A DNA stretch of 64,000 bases, from contig NC_043018.1 of NCBI RefSeq assembly GCF_006345805.1, forward strand, positions 13,764,001 to 13,828,000, read 5' to 3'. Below, one piece after another: positions 1-13,120 of this stretch. The stretch comes from Octopus sinensis (lineage: Eukaryota). A program made the translations under genes and the position numbers. The notes under the pieces are model-generated. The model ran no database searches. It was not told the origin of the DNA and was given only the letters and a program-made list of their open reading frames with translations. Positions within the stretch are counted from its first letter, which is position 1. The number at the start of each line of letters is the position of its first letter.

Positions 1-232
1 ATTAACGTGTAAGTGGCTGAGTACTTCACAGACACGCGGATCCTTAACGTAGTTCTGAGAGAGAACTTATCAAACAGAATGTGACAAGGCTGGCCCTTTG
101 AAATATAGGTACTATTCATTTTTTCCCACCCGAGTGAATTGGAGCAGCGTGAACTAAAGTGTATTGCTCAAGGACAGAACGCACCGTCGGGTATCGAAAT
201 CACGACCTAACGATCGCGAGCCGAAAATACTA
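1..232 (-). mobile_element. tRNA-head SINE, V-like core with tail T1 (cut by window edge)
   Basis: Reverse-complement similarity to 1151-1474. Confidence 0.75.
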
Positions 233-1150
233 ACAAAAGTAAGACACGCGTCTCGACAGGTTAAGCATTAACAAAAAAAAAAAAAAAAAAACAATTGACA
301 GAGTTGATTCATTAAAGTTTAAACATCTTCCTACACAAACAGAAAATAAGTTGAATGAAATCACGGATTTATTGAGAAAAATGTATTTGATGCGGACAAG
401 AATTACTTCGAAAATCGATTTAACTCACAACAATACAATGAGATCAATAATGTTATAGTAAAGATATATATAACTCCTCATCTTTATATTCTAAATTGCT
501 TTAAAATATTAGATTAAGAGTTCATAACCAAATAGAATGTTGATTGAAATCATAAGTGTTGGCGAGTGAATCAGAGTTAAAACAGGGTGAAAAGTCAGTG
601 GCTGAACCCGAGATTAAAAGAGGTATATTTCCAAAAAGCATCAGCAAATTCAATTTGTTAAAGTGTTGGTCGATCAATCCTATAATATACGTCCCGAAAG
701 ATCAGAATCAAGAAAACAAGTGAAATAAAAGTAATGGAGAAAGGATCAAAGATGACCTCGAAGTTCAATCTGAAAGTGACGGGTTGACTTATTTAATAGG
801 GAGAGATATTTAAGTTTGTTGCAGAATTACGAGATGAAACGGAATGAAATGAAATGCAATTCGGAGGAGTATTCAATGGAAAGAGCTTAGGTAAGAAAAT
901 AATTGGAATAAACATCATTAAAGGATCAGCACCTGAGCAATATAATTAATGGTATATCTTGCAGCTTTTGCCCGTTGCGTGGAAACTAAACATAAAACGA
1001 AACAGGTTGTTTGCGCCTGCATAAGGGAGGAGGCACAGACCTAATATATATAACGTAAATAACGCCAACATTGTTGGAAAAATATAGGGATATTGATGTA
1101 TGTTTGGGAAAGTGATGTGGAGATTATGTTTAGCTATGAGAATCAATGCT

Positions 1151-1474
1151 TTGAAGGTGTGTGGCTTAGTGGTTAGGGTATTTGGCTCACGAGCGTAAGG
1201 TGACGAGTTCGATTCCCGGCGGTGTGTTCCTGTCCTCGTGCAAGACAATCTATTTTAACTTTCTCTAGTTCACTCAGGTGGCAAAAATTAGTAGTACCTG
1301 TATTTCGAAGGGCCAGCCTTGTTATATTCTGTGTCACGAAAAATCTACCCCATAATTACTCTGAAAGTACGTGTATCTGTGGAGTGCTCAGACACATGCA
1401 CAATAATTTCACGAGCAGGTTGTTCTTTGATCGGATCGACTGAAACCCTCGTCGTCGTAACCGACGGAGTGCCA
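1151..1474 (+). mobile_element. tRNA-head SINE, V-like core (cactcagSTGGCAAAAAT) with tail T1
   Basis: Box A tggcttagtgg and box B gagttcgattccc. The tail gtacctgtatttc..accgacggagtgc is shared with 3387 and 53288. Confidence 0.8.
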
Positions 1475-1520
1475 GTAATAAAAACCACTTGTAGATACGC
1501 GATAGAAATGAAGGAGAGAT

Positions 1521-2300
1521 GGCGAGCTGGCAGCAACGTTGGCATGCCGGACGAAATGCTTAGCGGTATTTCGTCTGTCTTTACGTTCTGAGTTCAAATT
1601 CTGGCGAGGTCGACTTAGCATTTCATCCTTTCAGGGTCGATTAAATAAGTACCAGTTACGCACTGGGGTCGATATAATCGACTTAATCCGTTTGTCTGTC
1701 CTTGTTTGTCCTCTCTGTGTTTAGCCCCTTGTGGGCAGTAAAGAAATTGGTATTCCGTCTGTCTTTGTGTTCTGAGTTCAAATTCCGCCGAGGTCGACTT
1801 AACCTTTCATCCTTTCGGGGTCGATTAAATAATTACCAGTTACGCACTGGGGTCGATGTAATCGACTTAATCCCTTTGTCCGTCCTTGTTTGTCCCCTCT
1901 ATATTTACCCCCTTGTGGGCAGTAAAGAAATAGGTATTTCGTCTGCCGCTACGTTCTGAGTTCAAATTCCGCCGAGGTCGACTTAGCCTTTCATCCTTTC
2001 AAGGTCGATTAAATAAGTACCAGTTACGCACTGGGGTCGATGTAATCGACTTAATCCCTTTGTCCGTCCTTGTTTGTCCCCTCTATGTTTAACCCCTTTT
2101 GGGCAGTAAAGAAATAGGTATTTCGTCTGCCGCTACGTTCTGAGTTCAAATTCCGCCGAGGTCGACTTAGCCTTTCATCCTTTTGGTGTCGATTAAATAA
2201 GTACCAGTTACGCACTGGGGTCGATATGATCGACTTAATCCGTTTGTCTGTCCTTGTTTGTCCTCTGTGTGTTTAGCCCCTTGTGGGTAGTAAAGAAATA
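1521..2300 (+). mobile_element. SINE family B multimer: one head plus four 184-bp head-to-tail bodies
   Basis: Units start at 1565, 1749, 1933 and 2117. TSD agaaatgaag(g/t)agag at 1504-1518 and 2301-2315. Confidence 0.92.
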
Positions 2301-3386
2301 AGAAATGAAGTAGAGGTTATCAAAGACAAAGGGGAAAATTAGAAGATAGATTTAACTGGAATGTCTCTGATTCTATTCGGTATTAATTAATTTTATCAAG
2401 AAGCTAAAACAGGATAAAAGACGGCTTGATTGAAAGATGGCGGACTAAAGAAGTGAAAGAGAAACGCTAATTACGGCAGGGTAAGAACACGCACAAACCT
2501 TATTAAAGTTAATATAGACAGAAGACAGCGAAATATTGTGTATTGTGTCAGTGGTGGGCAACATGAACAACCATAGAATTTGTGATTGTAGCAAGATATA
2601 GACATTAAAAGAAGATGAAAGGTGACATAATTAAATAGAGGGAGAAAAGAAACATTGTAAAGTGAGTGAGAAATTTGGATTGAAAGTAGAAGAGGAAAAT
2701 AGCACCAACTTCAAAGGCAAGCTGTTGCTGAAAACTACTGCTAAAGTAGCTGCAGGATTTATCTATAAAAAGTTAGACTTAGAGACCAAAAATTGTTGCC
2801 AAAAGCTGAAACGGGAAAGTATGAAAAAGAAGGGCGTTTGTTTTGTGTGTTAAGCCGGTGAATTTGTAGAGTCGTTAAAATGGCTTGCAGTATTTGATCC
2901 AACTCTCTGCACTATGAGTTCAACTCCTAGAAGCTATAAATGTGAAGTAAAGTCGACCTCGGAGACATTTGAACTCAACGTAAAACCGGTAGAAATGCTG
3001 TCAAGCATTGCGCCAGACGCGCTAGCAATTTGCTGGTTCACTGAAGAATAGTTTATCTGATTTAGACACAATGCCAGCAATTTTGGTGGGAAAGCGTTAA
3101 CCAAAACCATCCACTTTAGTACCAGAGGTGCCGTAGATAATCACTTGCGGTTATCGACTTAGAAGGAACGAAAAGCAAGACTACCAGGGTTGGAATTGAA
3201 CTAATCTCGCAAAGAATCGGAAGAAATACCGCAACGCATTTTCCCGACGCTCTAAAGCAGTGCAACCCAACATATTTTCCCCAAGGCCCTACTATAACTT
3301 TCTAGAAAAATCTATGCTCCACCAGTGGTTGGAAAAAACAACCTTATTTTTGATAGTGCATTAGCATGGTACTATACTGTAGTTTA

Positions 3387-3769
3387 GGAGCACTCCGTCG
3401 GTTACGACGATGAGGGTTCCAGCTGATACGTTCAACGGAACAGCTTGCTCGTGGAATTAACGTGCAAGTGGCTGAGCATTCCACAGACACGTGTACCCTT
3501 AACGTAGTTCTCGAGGAGATTCAGCGTGACACAGAGTGTGACAAGGCTGGCCCTTTGAAATACAGGTACAACAGAAACAGGAAGAAAGAGTGAGAGAAAG
3601 TTGTGGTGAAAGAGTACAGCAGGGTTCACCACCATCCCCTGCAGGAGCCTTGTGAAGCTTTAGGTGTTTTCGCTCAATAAACACTCACAATGCCCGGTCT
3701 GGGAATCGAAACCGCGATCCTACGACCGCGAGTCTGCTGCCCTAACCACTGGGCCATTGCGCCTCCACA
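3387..3769 (-). mobile_element. Full-length tRNA-head SINE, core A with tail T1
   Basis: Near-identical (inverted) to 53288-53674. Imperfect TSD tatactRtagt. Confidence 0.9.
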
Positions 3770-4122
3770 TTATACTATAGTAAACAGTCTTTGTACAGTA
3801 TACTTGACTGGAGGGATTGATTTGGCGAGGCTGAGTATAGCTGTAGTATTTTTGCTGTGAAAAGAAAAAAAAAACGATTGTGTCCCACTAACAAATAAGA
3901 AAGAAGCAAGAGAGAAAATTCTGGATCTCACACTCTCTCACAATTTCCCCAGGGCACTGGATCGTTACGTTCATATCGCCAAGTTCACTGCGGTGGTAGT
4001 GGTGATGGTGGTGATCGTTTTGTTAGTGCTGTTGGTGCTGTAGTCTTCTTCTTCTTCTAATCAGGACTCACGTTATTAGCCAGAAAGAATAATCTCATAT
4101 ACATACATACATATATACATAC

Positions 4123-4190
<68 letters not shown>

Positions 4191-4424
4191 GTGTGTGTGT
4201 GTGTGTACACCTGTCTACCACATATTGATTTCCAATCTTGGCACAACGCCAGTAATTTTGGGGGTGCGTTAAATCAATTACACCGACTGCCATTTTCAAC
4301 TGGTACTCATTTTATCGATCTCGACAGGACAGAAAGCAAAGTCGTCCTCGGCGGACACTTGAACTCACAACGTAAAGACGGACAAATTCCCTCAAGGATT
4401 TTTGTTCGGCATGCTAACGATACT

Positions 4425-5193
4425 TTTCTTCTCTAGGCACAAGGCCCGACATTTTTGGTGAGTGGGGGCAGTCGACTAGATCCACTCCAGTAGATATTTA
4501 TTTGGTACTTAATTTATCGACCCCGAAAGGATGAAAGGCAAAGTCGACCTCGGCGGAATTTGAACTTAGAACGTAAAGACAGACGAAATACTTATTTCTT
4601 TACTACCCACAAGGGGCTAAACACGGAGAGGACAAACAAGGACAGACAAACGGATTAAGTTGATTATATCGACCCCAGTGCGTAACTGGTACTTATTTAA
4701 TCGACCCCGAAAGGATGAAAGGCAAAGTCGACCTCGGCGGAATTTGAACTTAGAACGTAACGACAGACGAAATAACTATTTCTTTATTGCCCACAAGGGG
4801 CTAAAACTAAGGGGAATCAAACAAGGGCGGATAAAGGGATTAAGTCGATTACATCGACCCCAGTGCGTAATTGGTACTTATTTAATCGACCCCGAAAGGA
4901 TGAAAGGCAAAGTCGACCTCGCCGGAATTTGAACTTAGAACGTAACGACAGACGAAATACCTATTTCTTTACTACCCACAAGGGGCTAAACACAGAGAGG
5001 ACAAACAAGGACAGACAAACGGATTAAGTTGATTATATCGACCCCAGTGCGTAACTGGTACTTAATTTATCGACCCCGAAAGGATGAAAGGCAAAGTCAA
5101 CCTCGGCAGAATTTGAACTCAGAACGTAACGGCAGACGACATACTGCTGAGCATTTCGCCCAGCGTGCTAACGATTCTGCCAGCTTGCCGCCT
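4425..5193 (-). mobile_element. SINE family B multimer: head plus three standard bodies plus one body with an alternative tail
   Basis: Repeated ctatttctttactacccacaagggg..cagacgaaatac units of about 184 bp. Confidence 0.9.
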
Positions 5194-6044
5194 TTATTTA
5201 GTGTCCATATTAAAATAATAATCATTTTGGGGTCGATAAAATAAGTACAATTTGATTACTGTGGTCGATGTAATCGACTTGCCCCCTGCCTCGAACTTGT
5301 TGACATTGTGTCGAAACCAATATTATCGAAAACCAATAATGGGTTTTGCTTCATCACCTTAAATTACAAATGCATTTGTTTAGATTTTTAAAGGAAAATT
5401 TCGATTATCTTTTCAGAACGAATGCCGTACTTTTGATAACGTATCAGTTGAATATTTATTTGACTGTGCAGCTCTCTAGTCATTATGTTTTTAATTTCAT
5501 TATTATTTGAACGATTATGTTAATTAGAATTTCATAAAGCATACAGTTCTGGCAGTGAGTGTTATCTATGTTAATTTATGAATGGTGGATCGACGTTCCT
5601 TGCGATTGCTCCCGGATTTTTATATTTCTCAAACTTATAGATGGATGCAAGTCAGATAACAGTAAATATATTCCATAGTATGTGTTAGTGTTAAGTCCGT
5701 AAGAAAGAGCGTATGTGTGCTTGTGTGTTTAAATATATTTGTACACAAATATGTGTGTAAATGTTTGTGTATATATATATGTGTGTGTGTGTGTGTATAA
5801 AAAATTGCATGTTTATTAAGTGGCTGTGTGGTATATATTTGCAAATATAAACGTATACACGTAAATTGTGAGTGTGTATATCTCTGTGCTTTGATGTGTG
5901 TGTGTTTGTGTTCCCGTGTGCCTGTTTGTGTATGTGTTCATTTTGTATATTCGTGTTTATGCATGCATTGTCTTTATGTGTGTTGTATACGTGTGTATGA
6001 GTCTATGAAGGTATCTCTGTGCATGTGTGTGTATGTGTGTGTGT

Positions 6045-6093
<49 letters not shown>

Positions 6094-6671
6094 AATGTGT
6101 GCGCCCGTACGCGTTTGTGAACTAATCTTTTCGCATAAAAATTATTTCATTAATATGCCAAAAATTGGGCTGCGTTTCCATTTCCATTTCCATTTTCCAT
6201 TTTCATCCCGTGGCGTAATAAAGCAGTGGCCAATGTTGAATAAGGTGGAATTGGTGTGAAAACGGAATTAATGCAAATAGCAACACAAACAACAGACGGA
6301 AAGTATGCACACGCAAACCCAGTTCAAATGCGTGTAAAAGATATTTGAATCTGTAAAGAATTTTCGCGGCGTTTTGTCGTGGTGAGAAATTTTCGCTGGA
6401 GGCATAAATGTATTAAAGACAGCACGTTCGTTTCATACGGCCTCTGGTGGACTAAGGAATGGATTTCGAACTCGTTAGTTCTCTTCGTCACAGAATACCA
6501 AGACAACAGGCAAAGCTGAGGGAACTAGAAAACTTTGCCCCTTTATATTTACTGATAGTGCACACCCAATAGAGGGCGCTCCCAGAGTTTCATACGTGGG
6601 AAACTATGTATGCATGCATGTATGTATGTATGTATGTATGTATGTATGTTTGTATCTACCTGTCTCACTCC

Positions 6672-6736
<65 letters not shown>

Positions 6737-6789
6737 ATATATATGTTCGTGTTTGGATGCCATGTTTGTGAAAATATATATACATATAT

Positions 6790-8130
6790 TCGGAGTAGTA
6801 ACACATGCTCCCATCAAGTAAGAGTCTACATTGGCGGCACCGTTGATTTCAAGCACCGTACCGAGCACACATGAACTTATTCGCCAGCCCAACTTCTAAA
6901 TTATCTACTTTTTCAGCAACTAATATACAGAACTTAAATCCCAAATCATTCCCTATACTTTTCCCTGTTCCATCGTCAGTGAGGCTCCCCCATACAATAC
7001 TAACCTCGGCATCTGTAAACCGTGTTGAAGGATTTTGCTCGCCATTCTTCGCAGCCACAACCAATCTTTACTTAATAGGTCATCAAGTATAATCTTCTCA
7101 TGTAAACACAGATTCCATTCATCATTTGTTAAATTTATGTAATTCTCTTTACATTAATTACGATTAACTTTCATTACGATTAACCCTAAGTTATAACTTG
7201 GTCACACTAGCAACACATCTCTTCTACTAATACCACCATTTCTATGAAATATTCCTTCTTAAGATTACCTTTGCACATTCCTTTTACCCTACACACAACT
7301 TACAGCCACTCTATCCTCTCAACTATCTCCCGACTCTCCACTTTTACTACTACTCCTCTCAATACCCTGCTCATTCACCCGCCATCTTTCTGAACTGACA
7401 GCTTATCTCTTCTTGTCCTTGCTTACTTCAACACTTCTCACACTCCCATCGAGCTACCCTGTCCTCCTTCCACTGCTGCTTGCCTTCCATTTCACCCATT
7501 CTACTTTTTATATTTCCTTGCATTATGAACTGAAATGTTAGATTTTCATCCCTCCACCTTGAAGACGTTTATGTTGATTCTATTACTGGTTGCATATTTT
7601 GGTGAACTACGTCTGCAAACATTACGAATTAGCTCCAACCCCCAGAAACAGTTGTTGGACATGTAACACCATACTTTCTGCCCTTTAATTTTTTGTATCT
7701 TTGTGCTCTGTGTAAGTTCCCTCCGTTAATGTATAAATATCTACATATATATACTTGAATATTCATCAGCCGAAAATTTTTAGTCTTTGTTTTCTTTCTA
7801 TTTATATGTATACATGTATATATTTTGTATATTAAACCTAAGCAGTTTTATTTGTTTACTTCACGAGCTTCTTAATGTACCTCTAGTTCCATCTCTCTAT
7901 CACTCCATCTCTCATACCTTTCACCTCTCCATTAACAACCTTCGACCCTTCCCCCACTTTCCCCGTCATTCATGAGGGTCCCAGGGTAGCCGGTGTACTG
8001 TGCTGGAGTTCATTCTGTCACCCGCCTTAACAAACCAGGACACTTGAACTAGATATAGTCGGTCAATTTATCAGAATTACAGTTTTAGTGCGGCCTATCA
8101 AGGGTAATGTGCCCTATATCGTCTTTTAAT
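6790..8130 (+). mobile_element. Decayed Penelope-like GIY-YIG end plus C-rich pLTR-like sequence
   Basis: VYIGGTVDFKHR..EH at about 6820-6870, followed by a C-rich tract. Motifs are otherwise weak. Confidence 0.45.
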
Positions 8131-8417
8131 GCTGCTATTCACAATAAAATAGCAAAAATAGAATTTAAATTATATAAAATTATATAAAAGCAAAATGGCT
8201 AAAAGTACAAATTTTTATTTATTTATCATTTATATGCTAAAGGAACTCGTAAATAACTGTATAAATATATCCAATGCATACATGGAGAATTCCAATGATG
8301 TTGTACATTAAGTACATTGGATTTTACCAAACTAAAATATCTGTATTTTAAAGAAAAACAGTGACAATCAAAAGGAATAAATTCATAGCATCTAAATGTT
8401 TTCAGGAAAACAACGAG

Positions 8418-8453
<36 letters not shown>

Positions 8454-9212
8454 GAGGGAGAGAGAAAGAAAGAGTGAGAAAGAGAAAGAGGGGAGAGAGA
8501 GGCGGGGAAGATACAGTAAAATTTATATTTGTAAATGATTTCAGAGACATCTTATTTTAAAATATATTGATTGAATTTTTAGCATAATGATTCCGTTGCT
8601 ACAGATTTTTGAACCAGCTCTGATAAAAGCCGGAAAGAGACACTGACTCTCTTTGCCTTCTGTGTATCAAGTGATGCACGGGACCTGTTTCCCTGGAGAC
8701 CATGCGTTATGTACGACACAGATTCTCAATTCTAAGTAATCAGGATTTATAGAAGGAAAGCTTTATATTACTCAGAAGAAATGAAACAAGCAAGCATGGA
8801 CGCTTAGAACAAACTTATGAAATTAATTCGGACAGGCAAAGAGTTAATAGAATCTGCAACAGTTTTTCATACACACACACAGACAAACACATGACCCTTG
8901 ACACTCATACGACACACACACATCACACACGAAGCATACAAGAATACACATATGATTTTAATAAAGGATTTCATATGGAAAGCAAAGGTAACAACATAAT
9001 CTTTTTCCTTCGGCCAATTTTCCGTCTTTCGAATATTTTTCATTAATTCAATTACATCGATGTGTCAGTTTTGCGAACTACCGTTTTCGATCGATCGATC
9101 GATTATCGATCAGCTGTTTTTCATAAACTGACATCAAGCAATATATAACTTTTATAGAACATTTCAGGTCCTGCTCTTTATCTTCAGGGTGAAATAAGAC
9201 ACAGACACACAT

Positions 9213-9280
<68 letters not shown>

Positions 9281-9959
9281 CGTGTGTTATGACTTTTTTT
9301 TGTTATGAGTAAATGAATTATTTCCTAGTTAACTGAGAAATCTATGTCCCATGGGTTGTAGATAAATGTATTAGTTCCATTCTGTTCAGAAACCTGTGTA
9401 ATCCCTTAAAGTGGAGACAGATATATCATTTCCAACTCGCAGTATACATGGAGATGAATTGCTTTGAAACATATAATTCTTTAGATAGTGTAAAAGTATT
9501 GAATGTGAAGTCTTAAGCGACATCATCTAAGAAATCTATAGTCGTCGTTATACGCTTGTCACCTCTTCTGCCTTGAGAGTTGTAATCTATTATTTTTCAG
9601 ATTATAACAAGAAGTAAACAGTCTTTACTCCGGAACGAAATAGAAGACTATTTAGCTACAATATTATTCTGCGACTGCATAACGATGTTGGTAAGGCTTC
9701 AATAAATCTGAATGCACTGTATTTTCATATCCTTATTTTCGTATCTGAAAAGATCATATGGCTAGACTTAAACACACAGTGAATAACTTCTAGTAGTTAT
9801 CTCATCGACAGTATGTATGTACATAGATGCGTGCATGTGCGCTCCTGCCTGTGTATATGTGTGAAGGAGTGTGTGTTTATGCCACGTAAAAATAATTCTT
9901 TGAGTCAATATAACCCGACTAAACACTTGAAGGCTGGGTGTCAGCATACCTACAATCCA

Positions 9960-9972
9960 ACAACTTAAATAG

Positions 9973-10014
<42 letters not shown>

Positions 10015-10413
10015 GTAGAAAAATACAAACTGGGACAAGAACGTAAAACATTTAGAAGACGATACAAAAAACACGGACGGAACATTCGAAGCCTTCAATC
10101 TTCAGTCAAGAACCGGATCATCCTCGCAATTTCGGCTGATTAACCTTGAGATCGCTCCGATCAGGCCAGCTCCAAGGAAAAACTAAGCTACGAGCATTAC
10201 GTTTCTTGGAAAAAGGATCGAATGTATACGAAACAAGGACAGAAAAACGGACGATGCCATGCCACACGAATATAAATACAAAAACCAATAATAGTAATAA
10301 CAGGACAAAAACAGCGGGTGTCTTACGACTATAGACAGTACAACTTAGTTTAGCTGGCGTATTTGGAAAAAATGCCTTTTTCGGCAGACGAAGACAACGG
10401 TGTTCTCGTGGTG

Positions 10414-10420
<7 letters not shown>
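9960..10420 (-). mobile_element. Penelope-type pLTR-like fragment between (TA)n runs
   Basis: Unique stretch bounded by TA repeats. The minus strand has a decayed CTGAAGA..GAATGTT hammerhead-like string (about 10080-10108). Confidence 0.4.
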
Positions 10421-10473
<53 letters not shown>

Positions 10474-10685
10474 ATATATAGTTGAAATTTACAGAAAAAC
10501 CAAAAACGAAGACAGGTGTATAGAGAATCGGAAAAGAAAGATACACCTTAGGATAGCGTGATTGTTGTACCGATCTCTAGAAATGGATTCTAAAAATAAA
10601 ATCCCAAATGGTCATAAGCTTATCAATAGCCGGAACTGGAGATAGGATAAAAATGACGAAGCACCTTTCTGAATCATATAAATTC

Positions 10686-10911
10686 ATAGGGCCGGTTTCC
10701 ATGTTTTTGTAGCTTAGGTATTCCTCCTTTGAGGGTCACTGGTTCGCCACTGGAATATTAATTCTTGCCAGCTGAATGAAGTGGAGCAACGAGGAACAAA
10801 AATGGTTCGGTCAAGAACTCAACACCTCGCCCGTTCCAGGAATCGAAACTGCAATATTATCTTACAATTATGAAACCATCACCTCTAACTACCAAGCCAC
10901 GCGTCCCCACA
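10686..10911 (-). mobile_element. Decayed SINE, V-like core with T2-like tail
   Basis: Diverged similarity to 59015-59253. Confidence 0.6.
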
Positions 10912-11736
10912 ATATCACATACCAAGCCACCAGCTGGTGAGGTTAAGTTTGGATTATATTTATTACCGAAAGAGGCCGGTAATAGACGGACGGACGGACG
11001 AACAGACAGATAGATAGATAGATGGATGTATGGTTGGATGGACGGAAGGATGGACATATAGACAGACAGACAGATATATAAACAGACAGATAAATAGATA
11101 GATGGATAGATAGATAGATAGATAGATAGATATTTTGCTAGCTTGCCAGCCATTTAGATGGCTGGATACACAGACATGCTAGAGACACAGAGAGGGAGAC
11201 AGGAGATAACAGGAAAACGGGGGGGGGGTGAGTGAGAAAGAGAGTGAGTGAAAGAAAGTGACAGAAAGAGAATAAGAGACAGAGAGAGAGAAGAGAGGGG
11301 AGAGAAAAAGAGAGAGAGTGTGTGTGTGTGTTTGTTTGGTACTAATTATTTAGTATTGACCAGTCTCTTTCTGCTTGACAACCGAAGAAGTTGTCCATGA
11401 ATAGAGTGCACAAATTCATTCAACCAAACACTTTCATTAAATAACTCAACTTTCACAATTAAATAATCCCCCCTCCCAACACTAAGCCAAACTCTGTCTT
11501 CGTATTCCCCATCACAAACTAAGCTCATACAAATTCCATCGATCAGCTAGAAATAGCAGCCACATCTTGCTATCGTTTACTTGTTTTGGTCATTAGACTG
11601 CTGCCGGGGCTAGACCGAATCGACCTCAATACTTCTTTTGTCTGGTACTTATTCTATCGGTCTCCATTTCCCTAACCGCCATGTTACGGGATGCATAAAC
11701 ATACCAACACTGGATGCCAAACGGTGCTGTGGGACA

Positions 11737-11795
<59 letters not shown>

Positions 11796-12210
11796 TGTGG
11801 CTACATATAAGATGGGCTTCCTTCAGCCTTCGTCTACAAAATCCGTTCACAAGGCTTTGGCTGACCCGTAGCTATAGTACAAGACATTTGCCCAACATGC
11901 CACGCTGTGGGACTGAACCCAGAACCATGTGGTTTAGAAGCAAGTTTCTTATCACACAACAACTTCTGTACCTATGGGCTTAAGACTCGAGGAAGACACT
12001 GGATAGGGTAGTAGTTTTCCCTCTTTTGCTTGCTCCACTCATTGAGTTGTGGCCATGCCAACCCACCCTCTGGAACGGATCTAGTCCAACCATTCGATCC
12101 GAGTATCTCTTTTTTTAAAGTCTGGGATTTAATATATTGGTCGCTTTTGCTGAACCGCTAACCAACGGAGCCATAAACAAACGGTGATAGAGGATAAGCA
12201 CATACTACAG

Positions 12211-12259
<49 letters not shown>

Positions 12260-12273
12260 ATACACACACACAA

Positions 12274-12304
<31 letters not shown>

Positions 12305-12311
12305 ACACACA

Positions 12312-12345
<34 letters not shown>

Positions 12346-13084
12346 ACACACTTATACATAGATATTTAAGTGTATCTTTCAAATGTCTTCACTTTGCAGA
12401 GTAATTTCCGATCTCAGCGCGCCAAAGTGAAGGCATTTGAAAGATACACGTAAATGTAATTTGTAGAACTTTATACATGATGGATTTCGGTTGAGCGTTC
12501 TGTATCTAGTTCCGGAAATTATGTTTCGTAAATAAATGCTGAAACTATAGAATCCCGCTGATGAGGCAAATATACAGTTATCAATTTCCATATGTGAGTG
12601 TGAAAGTGTCGAGGCGAGTTTCGCTTTGCGTTTAAGCCGAGGACGGATTTGCAGTTACCATGGCTCGGCATAACGTTTAGGTTCGAATCGTAAATCCTTC
12701 TGATTTAAAAATTGCATAAAGGCGAGATTGCACAAAAGGAGTTTCCGCACAAACGAAAGCCACTTACACGTTGAATGCCACTGTAAGGTCCCCGCTTTAA
12801 AGGTTATACTGTCTTCTCTTATTACAGAAATACTGTGAGATATAGAGCGTGTTATAAGTATTAGGAGGCCAGAAATAGCTGAACCCACATGGAATAATAC
12901 AATATTTAAGTTTACATCCACAGAGAGACACATGCACACATACGCGGAGACAAGCACACACACACAGACACACAGTAAAGCACACACACACACACATATA
13001 ATGTAAATACAATGACCAATAAAAACAGGAGAGACGTTTAACGAATACAGTATTCGCTTGATTCTTAAATGGAAAGTGAAAGTG

Positions 13085-13120
13085 TCTTAACGTTTCAGAC
13101 GTTTGTCCATCATCAGAAGA
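13085..13120 (-). ncRNA. Minimal type-I hammerhead ribozyme motif
   Basis: UCUU-CUGAUGA-U-GGAC-AAAC-GUCU-GAAA-CGUU^AAGA: helices I and II, ACGU palindrome in place of helix III, and an extra U after A9. Confidence 0.65.

Larger units (their letters stand above)
240..2860 (+). pseudogene. Decayed R4/Dong-like non-LTR retrotransposon (RT to CCHC region), interrupted by SINEs
   Basis: Frameshifted motifs: EIKRGIF (about 610-630, like IKRGIFQGD), KGGGTDLI (about 1022, like KEGGRGLI), KYCVLC and HRICDCSKI..ER*HN (about 2530-2630, like HIxSxCSKLAxKEYxRRHN). The sequence resumes after the SINE TSD at 2301. Confidence 0.6.
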
